Made by a program: the position numbers and the translations under genes
Assembly (NCBI GenBank): GCA_041441555.1
Contig: JASDSW010000082.1
Location: 26,140 to 90,139, forward strand
Direction of reading: 5' to 3'
Source: Aeromonadaceae bacterium
GTDB lineage: Bacteria; Pseudomonadota; Gammaproteobacteria; Enterobacterales; Aeromonadaceae
DNA: 64,000 nucleotides
Shown: positions 18,488 through 26,598 of the stretch, piece by piece
Layout of the letters: each line of letters starts with the position of its first letter
Numbering within the stretch: the first letter of the stretch is position 1
The notes under the pieces: generated by a model
The model's input: only the letters and a program-made list of their open reading frames with translations
Database searches by the model: none
Told to the model about the DNA's origin: nothing

Positions 18488-19750
18488 TCAGCGATTTTCT
18501 CCATCCGAACGCACAGATCCGGGCTCATGTTGCCGAGCGAGTCGATAGGCCTCCTGAGCATGCAGGAACAACAGACCCACTTGTTCCGGATCCAGCTTGC
18601 CGCGCGCCACCATCTGGGTCATGACCTCCAGGGCTTCGGACAAGGGCATCGGCTGGCGGTAGGGGCGATTTTGCACCAGCGCCTGGAACACATCCGCCAC
18701 CGCGATGAGACGGGCCGAACGGGGCAGCTCATTGGCGGTCAAGCCTCGGGGATAGCCCAAACCATCCAGGGTTTCGTGATGCATGGAGGCCAGACGGGCG
18801 ATCGATTCAAAGCCGCGGATCCGCTGCAACAGTTGCCAGGTGTCGAAACAGTGACGATGCATGAGGAGCCGTTCCCGCTCATCAAATGGCCCCGGTTTCT
18901 CCAGCACCGCATCATCCACCCGCAGCTTGCCCAGGTCATGCAACAAGGCCGCCAGGGTCACCGATTCCCGCTCGCCGGTATCCAACTGCTGCACGTCGGC
19001 CAACAAGGAGGCGACTGCCTTGACCCCCAGCGAGTGGCGATAGGTGAATTCGCTCTTGCTGTCGACGATGTTGGCAAACATGAACGCCAGCTCCAGCAAC
19101 GCCTCATACTCCACCGCCACCATGGCACCACCGTGAGCCCAGCTCATCAGATAATCATCCAGCACCTCGGCATCCTGCTGCATCCAGAAGGCATCGTTAT
19201 CGGAGGCAAGGTAGAACAGCTGACACAGAGCCGGATCAAACTCGCTGCCGGCATGGCGGCTGATCGCCTCGCCCCAATACGATCTGGGGAGCATAGCCGC
19301 CTCCGGCGACGACTGCTGGGCCCGCAGGGCATCGACGCGATCCACCAGATAGATGAGATTGCTTTGCCGACACAGATCATCCGGTAACGCCAATGCCTGT
19401 AGCTCAGACCAATGGGTGTGATGGTAGCGGACCGGCTCGGCATACTCGGCCAGCAGCCGCGTGGCGCCTAATAGTTCGGCCCCGCGCAGGGCATGCTCAT
19501 GGCTATGGTCCCAGTCCCACTCCTCAACCAGATGCTGATGCACATGACTGCTCGAGACACCGCAGTCATGCAGCAAGCCCAGGATCAGCAGGCGGTTGAT
19601 CTCCTCCGGCGACCAACCGGCTCGACGAGCACACTCCGCCGCCATGAAGGCCACCCGTTTACCATGGCGAATATCATCCACCCCCACGAAGTCCAGGGCA
19701 GAGCTCAACACCAAGATCACTTCACGCAGACATAATCGGTAACCACTCAT
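18488..19750 (-). CDS. Tandem HD / HD-GYP phosphohydrolase
   Basis: N-terminal LLHDCG...YHH domain without GYP; C-terminal LLHDLGK...HHETLDGLGYP...ADVFQAL...RPYR. Confidence 0.9.
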   Translation of the reverse strand: MSGYRLCLREVILVLSSALDFVGVDDIRHGKRVAFMAAECARRAGWSPEEINRLLILGLLHDCGVSSSHVHQHLVEEWDWDHSHEHALRGAELLGATRLLAEYAEPVRYHHTHWSELQALALPDDLCRQSNLIYLVDRVDALRAQQSSPEAAMLPRSYWGEAISRHAGSEFDPALCQLFYLASDNDAFWMQQDAEVLDDYLMSWAHGGAMVAVEYEALLELAFMFANIVDSKSEFTYRHSLGVKAVASLLADVQQLDTGERESVTLAALLHDLGKLRVDDAVLEKPGPFDERERLLMHRHCFDTWQLLQRIRGFESIARLASMHHETLDGLGYPRGLTANELPRSARLIAVADVFQALVQNRPYRQPMPLSEALEVMTQMVARGKLDPEQVGLLFLHAQEAYRLARQHEPGSVRSDGENR

Positions 19751-20028
19751 GACAGCTCCATTGAGCCTTAAATCGGCTTGGCCGCCCCGTCTCCGGGATG
19801 CAGACGACTACATTTTGCCATTTCAGTATAGTCCGCCCGCACCGTGGCCCCCGTGATGATCTGGCCCTCAAAATCCCCCCAGGAATCAAGCCCCGCTCAG
19901 CAGGCCACTGCCAGTCGCCTCGCTCACCGCCGCACAAAAAGGTGAGCGCCGCGCAGCATCGACCGACGCGGGATAGCTATGCTAAACACAAGGAACGCGT
20001 TCGATAATCTCGACGCGAGGAGGGCATC

Positions 20029-20544
20029 ATGTATAAACAGGGTCTGCTGTTATTGCTGCTGCTTGCAGTCCCAATGCGGGCCAACAGCGAGCTGACCGAT
20101 ATCGCGGTTGGCATTGGTGCTGGTCATGACGATGTCACCAGCACTCGCGCCGCCCTGGTGCAGAGCCTGGAGCCATTCTGGTTTGGTCATCTGTTTCCCC
20201 GCTTAACGGTGCAAGTGGAATACGGCATCAATCGCTGGCAAGCCGACGCCAGCACACACTATGCCTACTCGCTACTACCGGTCCTTCGCTGGAACTGGCA
20301 TCCCAGCGGTGACTGGCAATGGTTCAGTGAATTAGCCATCGGCGGCAGCTATCTAGAAGAGAAAGAGATTGCCGAGCGGCAACTGGGGAGCCACCTGCAG
20401 TTTGAAACTCGGGCGGGGCTCGGCGTGACCCGCGAGCGTTGGAGCTGGGTCTTGCGCGGCTACCACTATGGGAACGGGGGACTGAGTTCACCCAATGCGG
20501 GACTGAACCTACTCAATCTGGAGATAGCCTGGCGCCTGCCATGA
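20029..20544 (+). CDS. PagL-family lipid A 3-O-deacylase-like outer-membrane protein
   Basis: Signal peptide, PVLRW, ELAIGGSYL, LGSHLQFE, HYGNGGLSSPNAGLN. Confidence 0.8.
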   Translation: MYKQGLLLLLLLAVPMRANSELTDIAVGIGAGHDDVTSTRAALVQSLEPFWFGHLFPRLTVQVEYGINRWQADASTHYAYSLLPVLRWNWHPSGDWQWFSELAIGGSYLEEKEIAERQLGSHLQFETRAGLGVTRERWSWVLRGYHYGNGGLSSPNAGLNLLNLEIAWRLP

Positions 20545-20610
20545 GCCGGCAGTCAAGGCTCGCGCTTTATGGCACAATCAGGGCATCCACCACCGATGAC
20601 AGATTCCGCC

Positions 20611-20964
20611 ATGCCCCCCAAGAGAGTCGAGATCTCAGACGAAACGGTTGCCGAGGCCATGCGTCTGGCGCGCGCCACCCAGGTTCCGGGACAAAGCAAG
20701 GAACAGACCCAGCTGATCGCCCACGGTATCCAAAAAGGAATTGCCGAATACAAGCGGTCACAAAAAGCCAGACAGCGCGCCGCCGACCGAGCCAAGAAGC
20801 AGCTCCGCCGCCAAAACAGCCGCGTTACCGAATCGCCAATCGATGGGGGGGATACGGCGGACGAGCCGCAGATTCCGCCCGGTAGAGCGATGCGCTGGCT
20901 GCCTTGGGGGCTGTTGGCGCTCACCTGGTGTGGCATCGGCATCGTCTGGTGGCTCAGGCATTAA
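20611..20964 (+). CDS. DUF2956 family protein
   Basis: SDETVAEAMRLARATQVPGQSKEQTQLIAHGIQKGIAEYK plus C-terminal LPWGLL TM. Confidence 0.8.
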   Translation: MPPKRVEISDETVAEAMRLARATQVPGQSKEQTQLIAHGIQKGIAEYKRSQKARQRAADRAKKQLRRQNSRVTESPIDGGDTADEPQIPPGRAMRWLPWGLLALTWCGIGIVWWLRH

Positions 20965-21164
20965 ACCCGTTCACCTGTCATAAACAGCAGGCGGACACCC
21001 TAGGTGATCTCACCTAAACCTGGAGAGGCAGTCCATTCCGATGCCCAACCGTGTCAGAAATCTGCTAAGCCATAAATCGCTTTTTGCCTGCACCAGGCAA
21101 ATGCCCCAGCTGACTACGCGGCCGGGGCATTTCTTTATCTAGCGATCTAGCGCCAAATGCGCAC

Positions 21165-21770
21165 TCAAAGGCTCTGCAAGAAATTCTTTATCTCGCCCCG
21201 CGCCTGCGCCAGCCCCTGCTCCCGCGCCTGCTCGCCCATTCCCAGCCCTTGGGCATAGGCAATATGGATATTGTGCAGACCGATGAAGTTCAGCAGGGTC
21301 TGCACATGTTGCAGCGCCAGATCGGTCGCCGTGTCGCGGTGCAGACCACCGGTGGCCAGCACCAGCAGAACTGGTTTATCGGTGAGCAGGCCTACCGGCC
21401 CTTGTTCGGTGTATTTGAAGCTGATGCCCGCCCGGCAGATGTAGTCAAACCAGCTCTTGAGCTGAGTGGGGATCCCGAAGTTGTACATGGGCACCCCAAT
21501 GACCACCCGATCGGCCTGCTCAATCTCGGCGATCAACTGTGCAGAGAGTGCTACTGCGGCCTGCTGCCGCTCATTGAGCCCTTCGGACTGCGAAAAGGCA
21601 CCAAGAATTTCACCGTCCAACGGTGCCAGTGGTGCAGCGCCCAAATCACGCATCACCACCTCTTGGCTCGGGTCCTGCGCGGCAGACTGAGCCAATAATT
21701 CATCGATCAACAAACCGGAGCTGGAGTAGTCACCTAGGATGCTGGATTTGATTGCTAATACTTGAGCCAT
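21165..21770 (-). CDS. azoR: FMN-dependent NADH-azoreductase
   Basis: VLAIKSSILG, PMYNFGIPTQLKSWFD, FKYTEQGPVGL. Confidence 0.92.
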   Translation of the reverse strand: MAQVLAIKSSILGDYSSSGLLIDELLAQSAAQDPSQEVVMRDLGAAPLAPLDGEILGAFSQSEGLNERQQAAVALSAQLIAEIEQADRVVIGVPMYNFGIPTQLKSWFDYICRAGISFKYTEQGPVGLLTDKPVLLVLATGGLHRDTATDLALQHVQTLLNFIGLHNIHIAYAQGLGMGEQAREQGLAQARGEIKNFLQSL

Positions 21771-21861
21771 GTTCACCTCGACAGGACCGTGAGTGGGAAA
21801 TACCGTTGTCCAAACTCTATGCGCAGGCAAATCGGATATAAAGCGCAAATTACCGCACCTT

Positions 21862-21882
21862 TCGTTCTAAAAAATAGAACGA
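21862..21882. promoter_or_regulatory. LysR-type T-N11-A inverted repeat upstream of azoR
   Basis: TCGTTCTA-AAAAA-TAGAACGA. Confidence 0.5.
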
Positions 21883-21889
21883 TTGAGAC

Positions 21890-22987
21890 TCAGTGGTCGG
21901 CGAAGGTACGGCAATCCACCCAACGCACCGGGCTGGTCTGCAGTGAACGGAACAGCCCCGGAAGGGCATTGGCGGCCTTGGGCTGGGTATCGTGCAGCAA
22001 GATGATCCCCTTGCGCCACAACAGCATCAGAGTTGTCAGGCGATCAGCCAATTGCTGACTGGAGAGCGATGGATTGAGATCCTGACCATCAATATTCCAC
22101 AACACGATCCGCTCAAACACCTGGCCGTTCATCTCGGCCGTGCGCTGTCCCCCGGGCGGCCGAAACCAGGAGAGGCGGGTCACCTCGGGAATGGCATTCA
22201 ACAGGTGGCGCGCCTCGCGCAGCGAATCACGCCAATTCGCCAACTCCGGATAAGGCTCATGCCGCATGCCATGGGAGGCAACACAGTTCTCCCCATACTC
22301 GCGGGCCAGTGTCTCTGCGGAAACCGACAGGCGTTGCGCTAGGGCATCGCCCAGCAAAAAGAAGACCGCATTCTGTCCAGACTGCGCCAGGATATGGGTG
22401 GTACGCCAGGTGGCCCCCCCCGGCATCGTCGGACCATCATCGAAACTCAGCAAAAACTCGCCATCCATCAATTCAAATCCGGTCAACTCATCGGCCGACA
22501 GGGTCGCAATCTCACTACTCACCACCGAGGAGCGAGCCGCCAGAGTCAGTTGCTCCTGCAGGTAACGGGCATGAAACAACCGCGACTCAGCGAGCCAGGG
22601 GCGTAACCGAGCCGGCACGGCACGCGGCTGCATGACCAGTTGGCGCAACTGGGCCACCGAGTCGAGATGGTGGCAATTCTGACACTCCCGACTGGCAGCC
22701 TGATAGGCAGCCAGCAGACGCATCCAGGTCTGACTTCGATAGCGATCGATCGCCAGCATGTCGACCTGGTCCAAGCTCAGACGGCTCGGCCACTCGTCGG
22801 GGGAGACCAGCTCGCTAGTGAGCAGCTCGCTGGCAAAATTGAGGATCTCCCGCCGCGACGCCGCATTGAATCCTGGGTGGCTGGCCAGCGAGTCGGGCCA
22901 CAAGGAACGATCGAGGGTGGCCACCGGCGCCGCCAAAACTTGCGGCGCCAGCAGGCAAAACAACCACACCAGCAGCATTCGTCCCAT
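21890..22987 (-). CDS. Exported polysaccharide deacetylase (NodB homology)
   Basis: Signal peptide; SFDDGP, SHGMRH, FRPPGG, WNIDGQD, ILLHD. Confidence 0.88.
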   Translation of the reverse strand: MGRMLLVWLFCLLAPQVLAAPVATLDRSLWPDSLASHPGFNAASRREILNFASELLTSELVSPDEWPSRLSLDQVDMLAIDRYRSQTWMRLLAAYQAASRECQNCHHLDSVAQLRQLVMQPRAVPARLRPWLAESRLFHARYLQEQLTLAARSSVVSSEIATLSADELTGFELMDGEFLLSFDDGPTMPGGATWRTTHILAQSGQNAVFFLLGDALAQRLSVSAETLAREYGENCVASHGMRHEPYPELANWRDSLREARHLLNAIPEVTRLSWFRPPGGQRTAEMNGQVFERIVLWNIDGQDLNPSLSSQQLADRLTTLMLLWRKGIILLHDTQPKAANALPGLFRSLQTSPVRWVDCRTFADH

Positions 22988-23128
22988 CGACCGAGACCCC
23001 TTTTTGCCACGCGAACCATGCCCATTCGGGCGCCTACAGGGATAGTACACCATCCACCGCCGAACTCGTCAGCATGGAGGCTCCGACACCTATACTTAAA
23101 CTATCGAGAGGGCGAAGCGGGGGAGCAG

Positions 23129-23314
23129 ATGAGCGATAGCTGGCTGATGCCCAAAGGGGCCGATCTGCTCAGCGCCATCCGCTGGCTGAGCCAGCAGCAG
23201 CGCCATGATCGGCACGCCATCGAAGAAGCAGCGCTGCGTTTTGATCTCTCGCCGCTCGATGAGGAGTTTCTGCTGCAACACTGCTGCGAGCCGTCGCAAC
23301 CTCGTGAAAAATAG
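23129..23314 (+). CDS. Small hypothetical protein upstream of cowN
   Basis: GGGGAG RBS; MSDSWLMPKGADLLSAIRWLS...IEEAALRFDLSPLDEEFLL. Confidence 0.7.
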   Translation: MSDSWLMPKGADLLSAIRWLSQQQRHDRHAIEEAALRFDLSPLDEEFLLQHCCEPSQPREK

Positions 23315-23321
23315 AAAACCC

Positions 23322-23337
23322 TGTCGTTAAGCCAACA
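23322..23337 (+). promoter_or_regulatory. NifA-type upstream activator sequence (TGT-N10-ACA)
   Basis: TGT-CGTTAAGCCA-ACA about 60 bp upstream of the sigma54 -24 element; a weaker TGT-N10-ACC at 23351-23366. Confidence 0.65.
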
Positions 23338-23396
23338 AATCCGCCGCCTTTGTCTCGAACCCCACCGGCCAATCCCGGCTAGAGTCGAGATGAACG

Positions 23397-23413
23397 CTGG
23401 CGCGTATCTTGCT
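23397..23413 (+). promoter_or_regulatory. Sigma54 -24/-12 promoter of cowN
   Basis: CTGGCGC-GTATC-TTGCT with exact GG-N10-GC spacing. Confidence 0.8.
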
Positions 23414-23452
23414 GTCCGCAGTGCAACCCTCTGGCGCAACAAGGAGTTCATC

Positions 23453-23755
23453 ATGGGAAACTGCGGCTGCCCTCCATCCACCCCATCCGATCGCTACATC
23501 AGTTTTGACAACATCGATTGTGCGGGCAATGCCCGTCGCCTGATGGTCATGATCTATCGACACATCGACCAGCCGGCGCGCAACAATGCGTTCTGGGATT
23601 ATTTTCGACAAAAGGCCGCCGGTGGCAGCGGGCCGGCCCCGGACGATCTGTTCCTGATCCATTGCCATCTCAATCAGATCCGCGAACTCTTTGAAGCCTG
23701 GGACGATCAGGAGGCCCTGCGCCTGCTGGATCAGATCGAGGTTGAGTGCTGTTAG
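23453..23755 (+). CDS. cowN: N2-fixation sustaining protein CowN
   Basis: DRYISFDNIDCAGNA, NAFWDYF, DDLFLIH...IRELFE...EALRLLDQIEVECC; AAGGAG RBS. Confidence 0.88.
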   Translation: MGNCGCPPSTPSDRYISFDNIDCAGNARRLMVMIYRHIDQPARNNAFWDYFRQKAAGGSGPAPDDLFLIHCHLNQIRELFEAWDDQEALRLLDQIEVECC

Positions 23756-23762
23756 GGAAAGG

Positions 23763-23787
23763 AAGGCCGCGTCGATGCGCGGCCTTT
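23763..23787. terminator. Terminator-like hairpin after cowN
   Basis: AAGGCCGCG...CGCGGCCTTT. Confidence 0.55.
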
Positions 23788-23791
23788 GTGG

Positions 23792-25282
23792 TTATTTTTT
23801 GCCGGCGGGTCCCACCGCCGGATCATAGCCGACCCGCTCGGCGGTCAGGCTGCGGATCTCACCGGCCTTGACCGGTGCCGCCTTGACTCGCTTCACAGCC
23901 AGCGGCTTGACCACGCCGACTGCCGGCTTAGCACTGACGCGTCGCACCTGCGCCGTCTTGTGAGTGACCTTTTTCTGCTGCGGGGCGGCGGCCGTCCGAG
24001 AGACCTTCTTCTTTGGCGAATGCGAGGTCGCCGTCTTGCTCTTCACCGGCTGCTTGGCAACGGCTCGCGCGCTTGTACTCGGCGCCATCACATAGTTGGT
24101 GTGACCGGCCGCACCATCCAGATAATCGACCTCGGGCAGATCGAGCAACCGGTCAAACAGCATGGGCATCAGCACTTCCGGGTGCGACTCGTTCGCGTTC
24201 CACAGCATGACGATGCCGATATCCTTCTCCGGCAGAAAACCCAGTCGTGAACGAACCCCCGACAGACCACCGGCATGAAAGATCATCTTGTGATTGCCGT
24301 TGTACTGGAAGATCCGCCAGCCCATGCCATACATCGGCTGCTTGACCCGGGTTTTCCGCCATTTGGAGGTCCATCCCTCCTTCGGTGAGCGCACCAGCGG
24401 CTTGGTCAGCTCTTTCATCACCGCCGGCGGAATCACATCCGGTCGGTGGCCCATCACGGCGGCCAGATACTTGGCCATATCGGTGATCGAGGCGTTAACC
24501 CCGGCCGCCGGCAGCACATTGTAGTAGGGCTGGGTAATGGGACGAGCCACCCAGCCCCCGCCCCCCTTGACGTGGGGTACCGCAATGTTGCGATTGTTCA
24601 GCATGCTCCAGCGGCTGGCACTGGCATCCTGCATGCCCAGCGGGCGGAAGATACGGATCTCCAACAGATCGGCGTAGGAGCGACGCAGCTGGCGACTGAG
24701 GACGTCGCCGATGGTCGAATAGAGAATATTCTGATAACCAAAGCAACGGCCGATGCCGCAGGCCGCCCCCAGACGCTGGGTCTTGCGCAGTACGCTGCTG
24801 TAGGACTCGCCCGCTTCGAGCAGGTTGTCGTTGGCGTTATGGGGCAAACCACTGGTGTGCGAGAGCACGTTACGCAACGTCAGGCGGTTGCCCGTATCGA
24901 ATTTCAAGCGAAAACCGGGCAGATAACGGCTCAGGGGAGAGTTCAGGTTGATTTCACCCGCGAGAGAAGCCTGGCCGGCCAACACGGCGGCGAAGGTCTT
25001 GGAGACCGAGGCCAGCCGAAAGACAGTATGCTCATCGACCGGATTGCGTTTTTGGGTACTGCCCACCCCGAGAGTCTTGATGTAGACCACGCGCCCGTTT
25101 TGCACCACGGCGACCGCCGCCCCCGGGATGTGATAGGCACCGAAGATCCGCTCCACATCCTGATCAAATTGCGGCAGAACGGCATTCAAGGGTTTGGCCG
25201 CCAGCGGCATGGCACCACACAGCAACAGCAGAGGGAGGGCATGACGTCGAATCGTTCGGCCCCAGCAGGCAATCGCAGACAT
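23792..25282 (-). CDS. Serine hydrolase, class C beta-lactamase/AmpH-like, with basic C-terminal tail
   Basis: FRLASVSKTF (SxxK), LSHTSGL, YQN, FHAGG; signal peptide. Confidence 0.85.
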   Translation of the reverse strand: MSAIACWGRTIRRHALPLLLLCGAMPLAAKPLNAVLPQFDQDVERIFGAYHIPGAAVAVVQNGRVVYIKTLGVGSTQKRNPVDEHTVFRLASVSKTFAAVLAGQASLAGEINLNSPLSRYLPGFRLKFDTGNRLTLRNVLSHTSGLPHNANDNLLEAGESYSSVLRKTQRLGAACGIGRCFGYQNILYSTIGDVLSRQLRRSYADLLEIRIFRPLGMQDASASRWSMLNNRNIAVPHVKGGGGWVARPITQPYYNVLPAAGVNASITDMAKYLAAVMGHRPDVIPPAVMKELTKPLVRSPKEGWTSKWRKTRVKQPMYGMGWRIFQYNGNHKMIFHAGGLSGVRSRLGFLPEKDIGIVMLWNANESHPEVLMPMLFDRLLDLPEVDYLDGAAGHTNYVMAPSTSARAVAKQPVKSKTATSHSPKKKVSRTAAAPQQKKVTHKTAQVRRVSAKPAVGVVKPLAVKRVKAAPVKAGEIRSLTAERVGYDPAVGPAGKK

Positions 25283-25502
25283 GAAAGAAGCACCCAATAC
25301 AACAAGGGGCATCATTGTGACAAACCATCCGCCCCACGCCAAGCGCTGTGAACGCTTACAAACCTTGCCCGCCACCAAAAGTGGCACGCCAATCAGTGAG
25401 CCATGATGCGGCGACCCAACGGACGAGCCAGGTAGCCGGTGACCAAGCGGCCGGAGCCCCGCGTCTGGACTCCATGGCATGAACCCAGTACACTGCGCCG
25501 CG

Positions 25503-25619
25503 TCATGAGGGAGTAGCCGCCCGTCATGCTCCAAACGCGGAGCCAATGACGGGGTCGATATCAACATGCTTGGCCAGTGCGCCATGGTATCGACAACCGA
25601 GGTCTGGCAAGACTTGTGT
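25503..25619 (+). ncRNA. yybP-ykoY Mn2+ riboswitch
   Basis: CATGAGGGAGTAGC...GATATCAACA...GGTATC...GGCAAGACTTGTG; P1 CAUGAG/CUUGUG; upstream of a UPF0016 exporter. Confidence 0.8.
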
Positions 25620-25691
25620 TCACATTGTCATCGGATGGGCCGAGGTGACGGTGTGGCCATGAGCGTCCAACCGTCGGCCCGGGAGAATTTC

Positions 25692-26270
25692 ATGGAAGCA
25701 TTTCTGATATCGAGCGGCATCGTCGCCCTGGCCGAGATGGGCGATAAGACCCAGCTGCTGGCACTGGTCTTGGCCGCCCGATTTCGCAACCCAGTCCCGA
25801 TCATTCTCGGGATCTTCGTCGCCACCATTTTCAATCACGCCTTTGCCGGTGCCATCGGTCATGCCGTGACTCAGTTACTGGGTCCCGAATGGCTGCGCTG
25901 GATCCTGGGTATCTCCTTCCTGTTGATGGCCGGCTGGATCCTGATCCCCGACCAGATCGACGACGATGAGACCCAGGTGGCCGGTCGCTACGGCGTCTTC
26001 GGCACCACGCTCATCGCCTTCTTTCTGGCCGAGATGGGGGACAAGACCCAAGTCGCTACCGTCGCCCTCGCCGCTCACTATGCCTCGTTTTTCAGCGTGG
26101 TGGCCGGCACCACGGTCGGCATGCTGATCGCCAACGTCCCCGCCGTGCTGGTAGGCGACAAGATCGGCGGCAAAATCTCGCTGAAACTGGTGCATGGCAT
26201 CGCCGCCCTGCTATTCGCCGTGCTGGGCCTGCTGACGCTCTTCAACGTCGGCGACCTGCTCCCCGCCTAA
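25692..26270 (+). CDS. TMEM165/GDT1 (UPF0016, MneA-like) Mn2+/Ca2+ exporter
   Basis: Two copies of the E-x-G-D-K-T motif (AEMGDKTQ). Confidence 0.92.
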   Translation: MEAFLISSGIVALAEMGDKTQLLALVLAARFRNPVPIILGIFVATIFNHAFAGAIGHAVTQLLGPEWLRWILGISFLLMAGWILIPDQIDDDETQVAGRYGVFGTTLIAFFLAEMGDKTQVATVALAAHYASFFSVVAGTTVGMLIANVPAVLVGDKIGGKISLKLVHGIAALLFAVLGLLTLFNVGDLLPA

Positions 26271-26410
26271 GAGCGACCGCCAGCAAGCCGGGGCCATCAC
26301 GCCCCGGCGGCCTCCTGCTCAGAATCTCTGCTCCTATAAGGCAAATACTGCGCCATGATCCGGAATTGCCTGATAGTTGGACGCCGGCCAATCCATTAAC
26401 CTTTGGGTTA

Positions 26411-26513
26411 CAAGGGGAGTAACTTCAACGCCGGTCGGTCGTCAACCCAGTGCCCTGCACTCGGCCCCCGGGCAGCGTGACTCACGACAGAGTTCGCGGT
26501 AAGTGAGACCTTG
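26411..26513 (+). ncRNA. yybP-ykoY Mn2+ riboswitch (alx type)
   Basis: CAAGGGGAGTAAC...GTCGTCAAC...GTAAGTGAGACCTTG; P1 CAAGG/CCUUG. Confidence 0.85.
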
Positions 26514-26598
26514 CCGGATGCGGGCTGGATCGGTTCGTCCCAGGATTGACCGAGTGGTGCTACTCTGGCCCCAGGCCTTTTTAGATTGGAGCAAAGAT

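Noticed and set aside
25381-25400. TGGCAC resembling a sigma54 -24 box
   Set aside because: No GC at the -12 position (TGGCACGCCAATCAGT).
25282-25692. Long N-terminal extensions of the serine hydrolase and UPF0016 ORFs in the track
   Set aside because: They overlap the divergent promoter region and riboswitch; downstream starts fit signal peptide, RBS and family length better.
26503-26598. Upstream in-frame start for alx
   Set aside because: Lies in the riboswitch expression platform; ATG at 26599 has a GGAG RBS.
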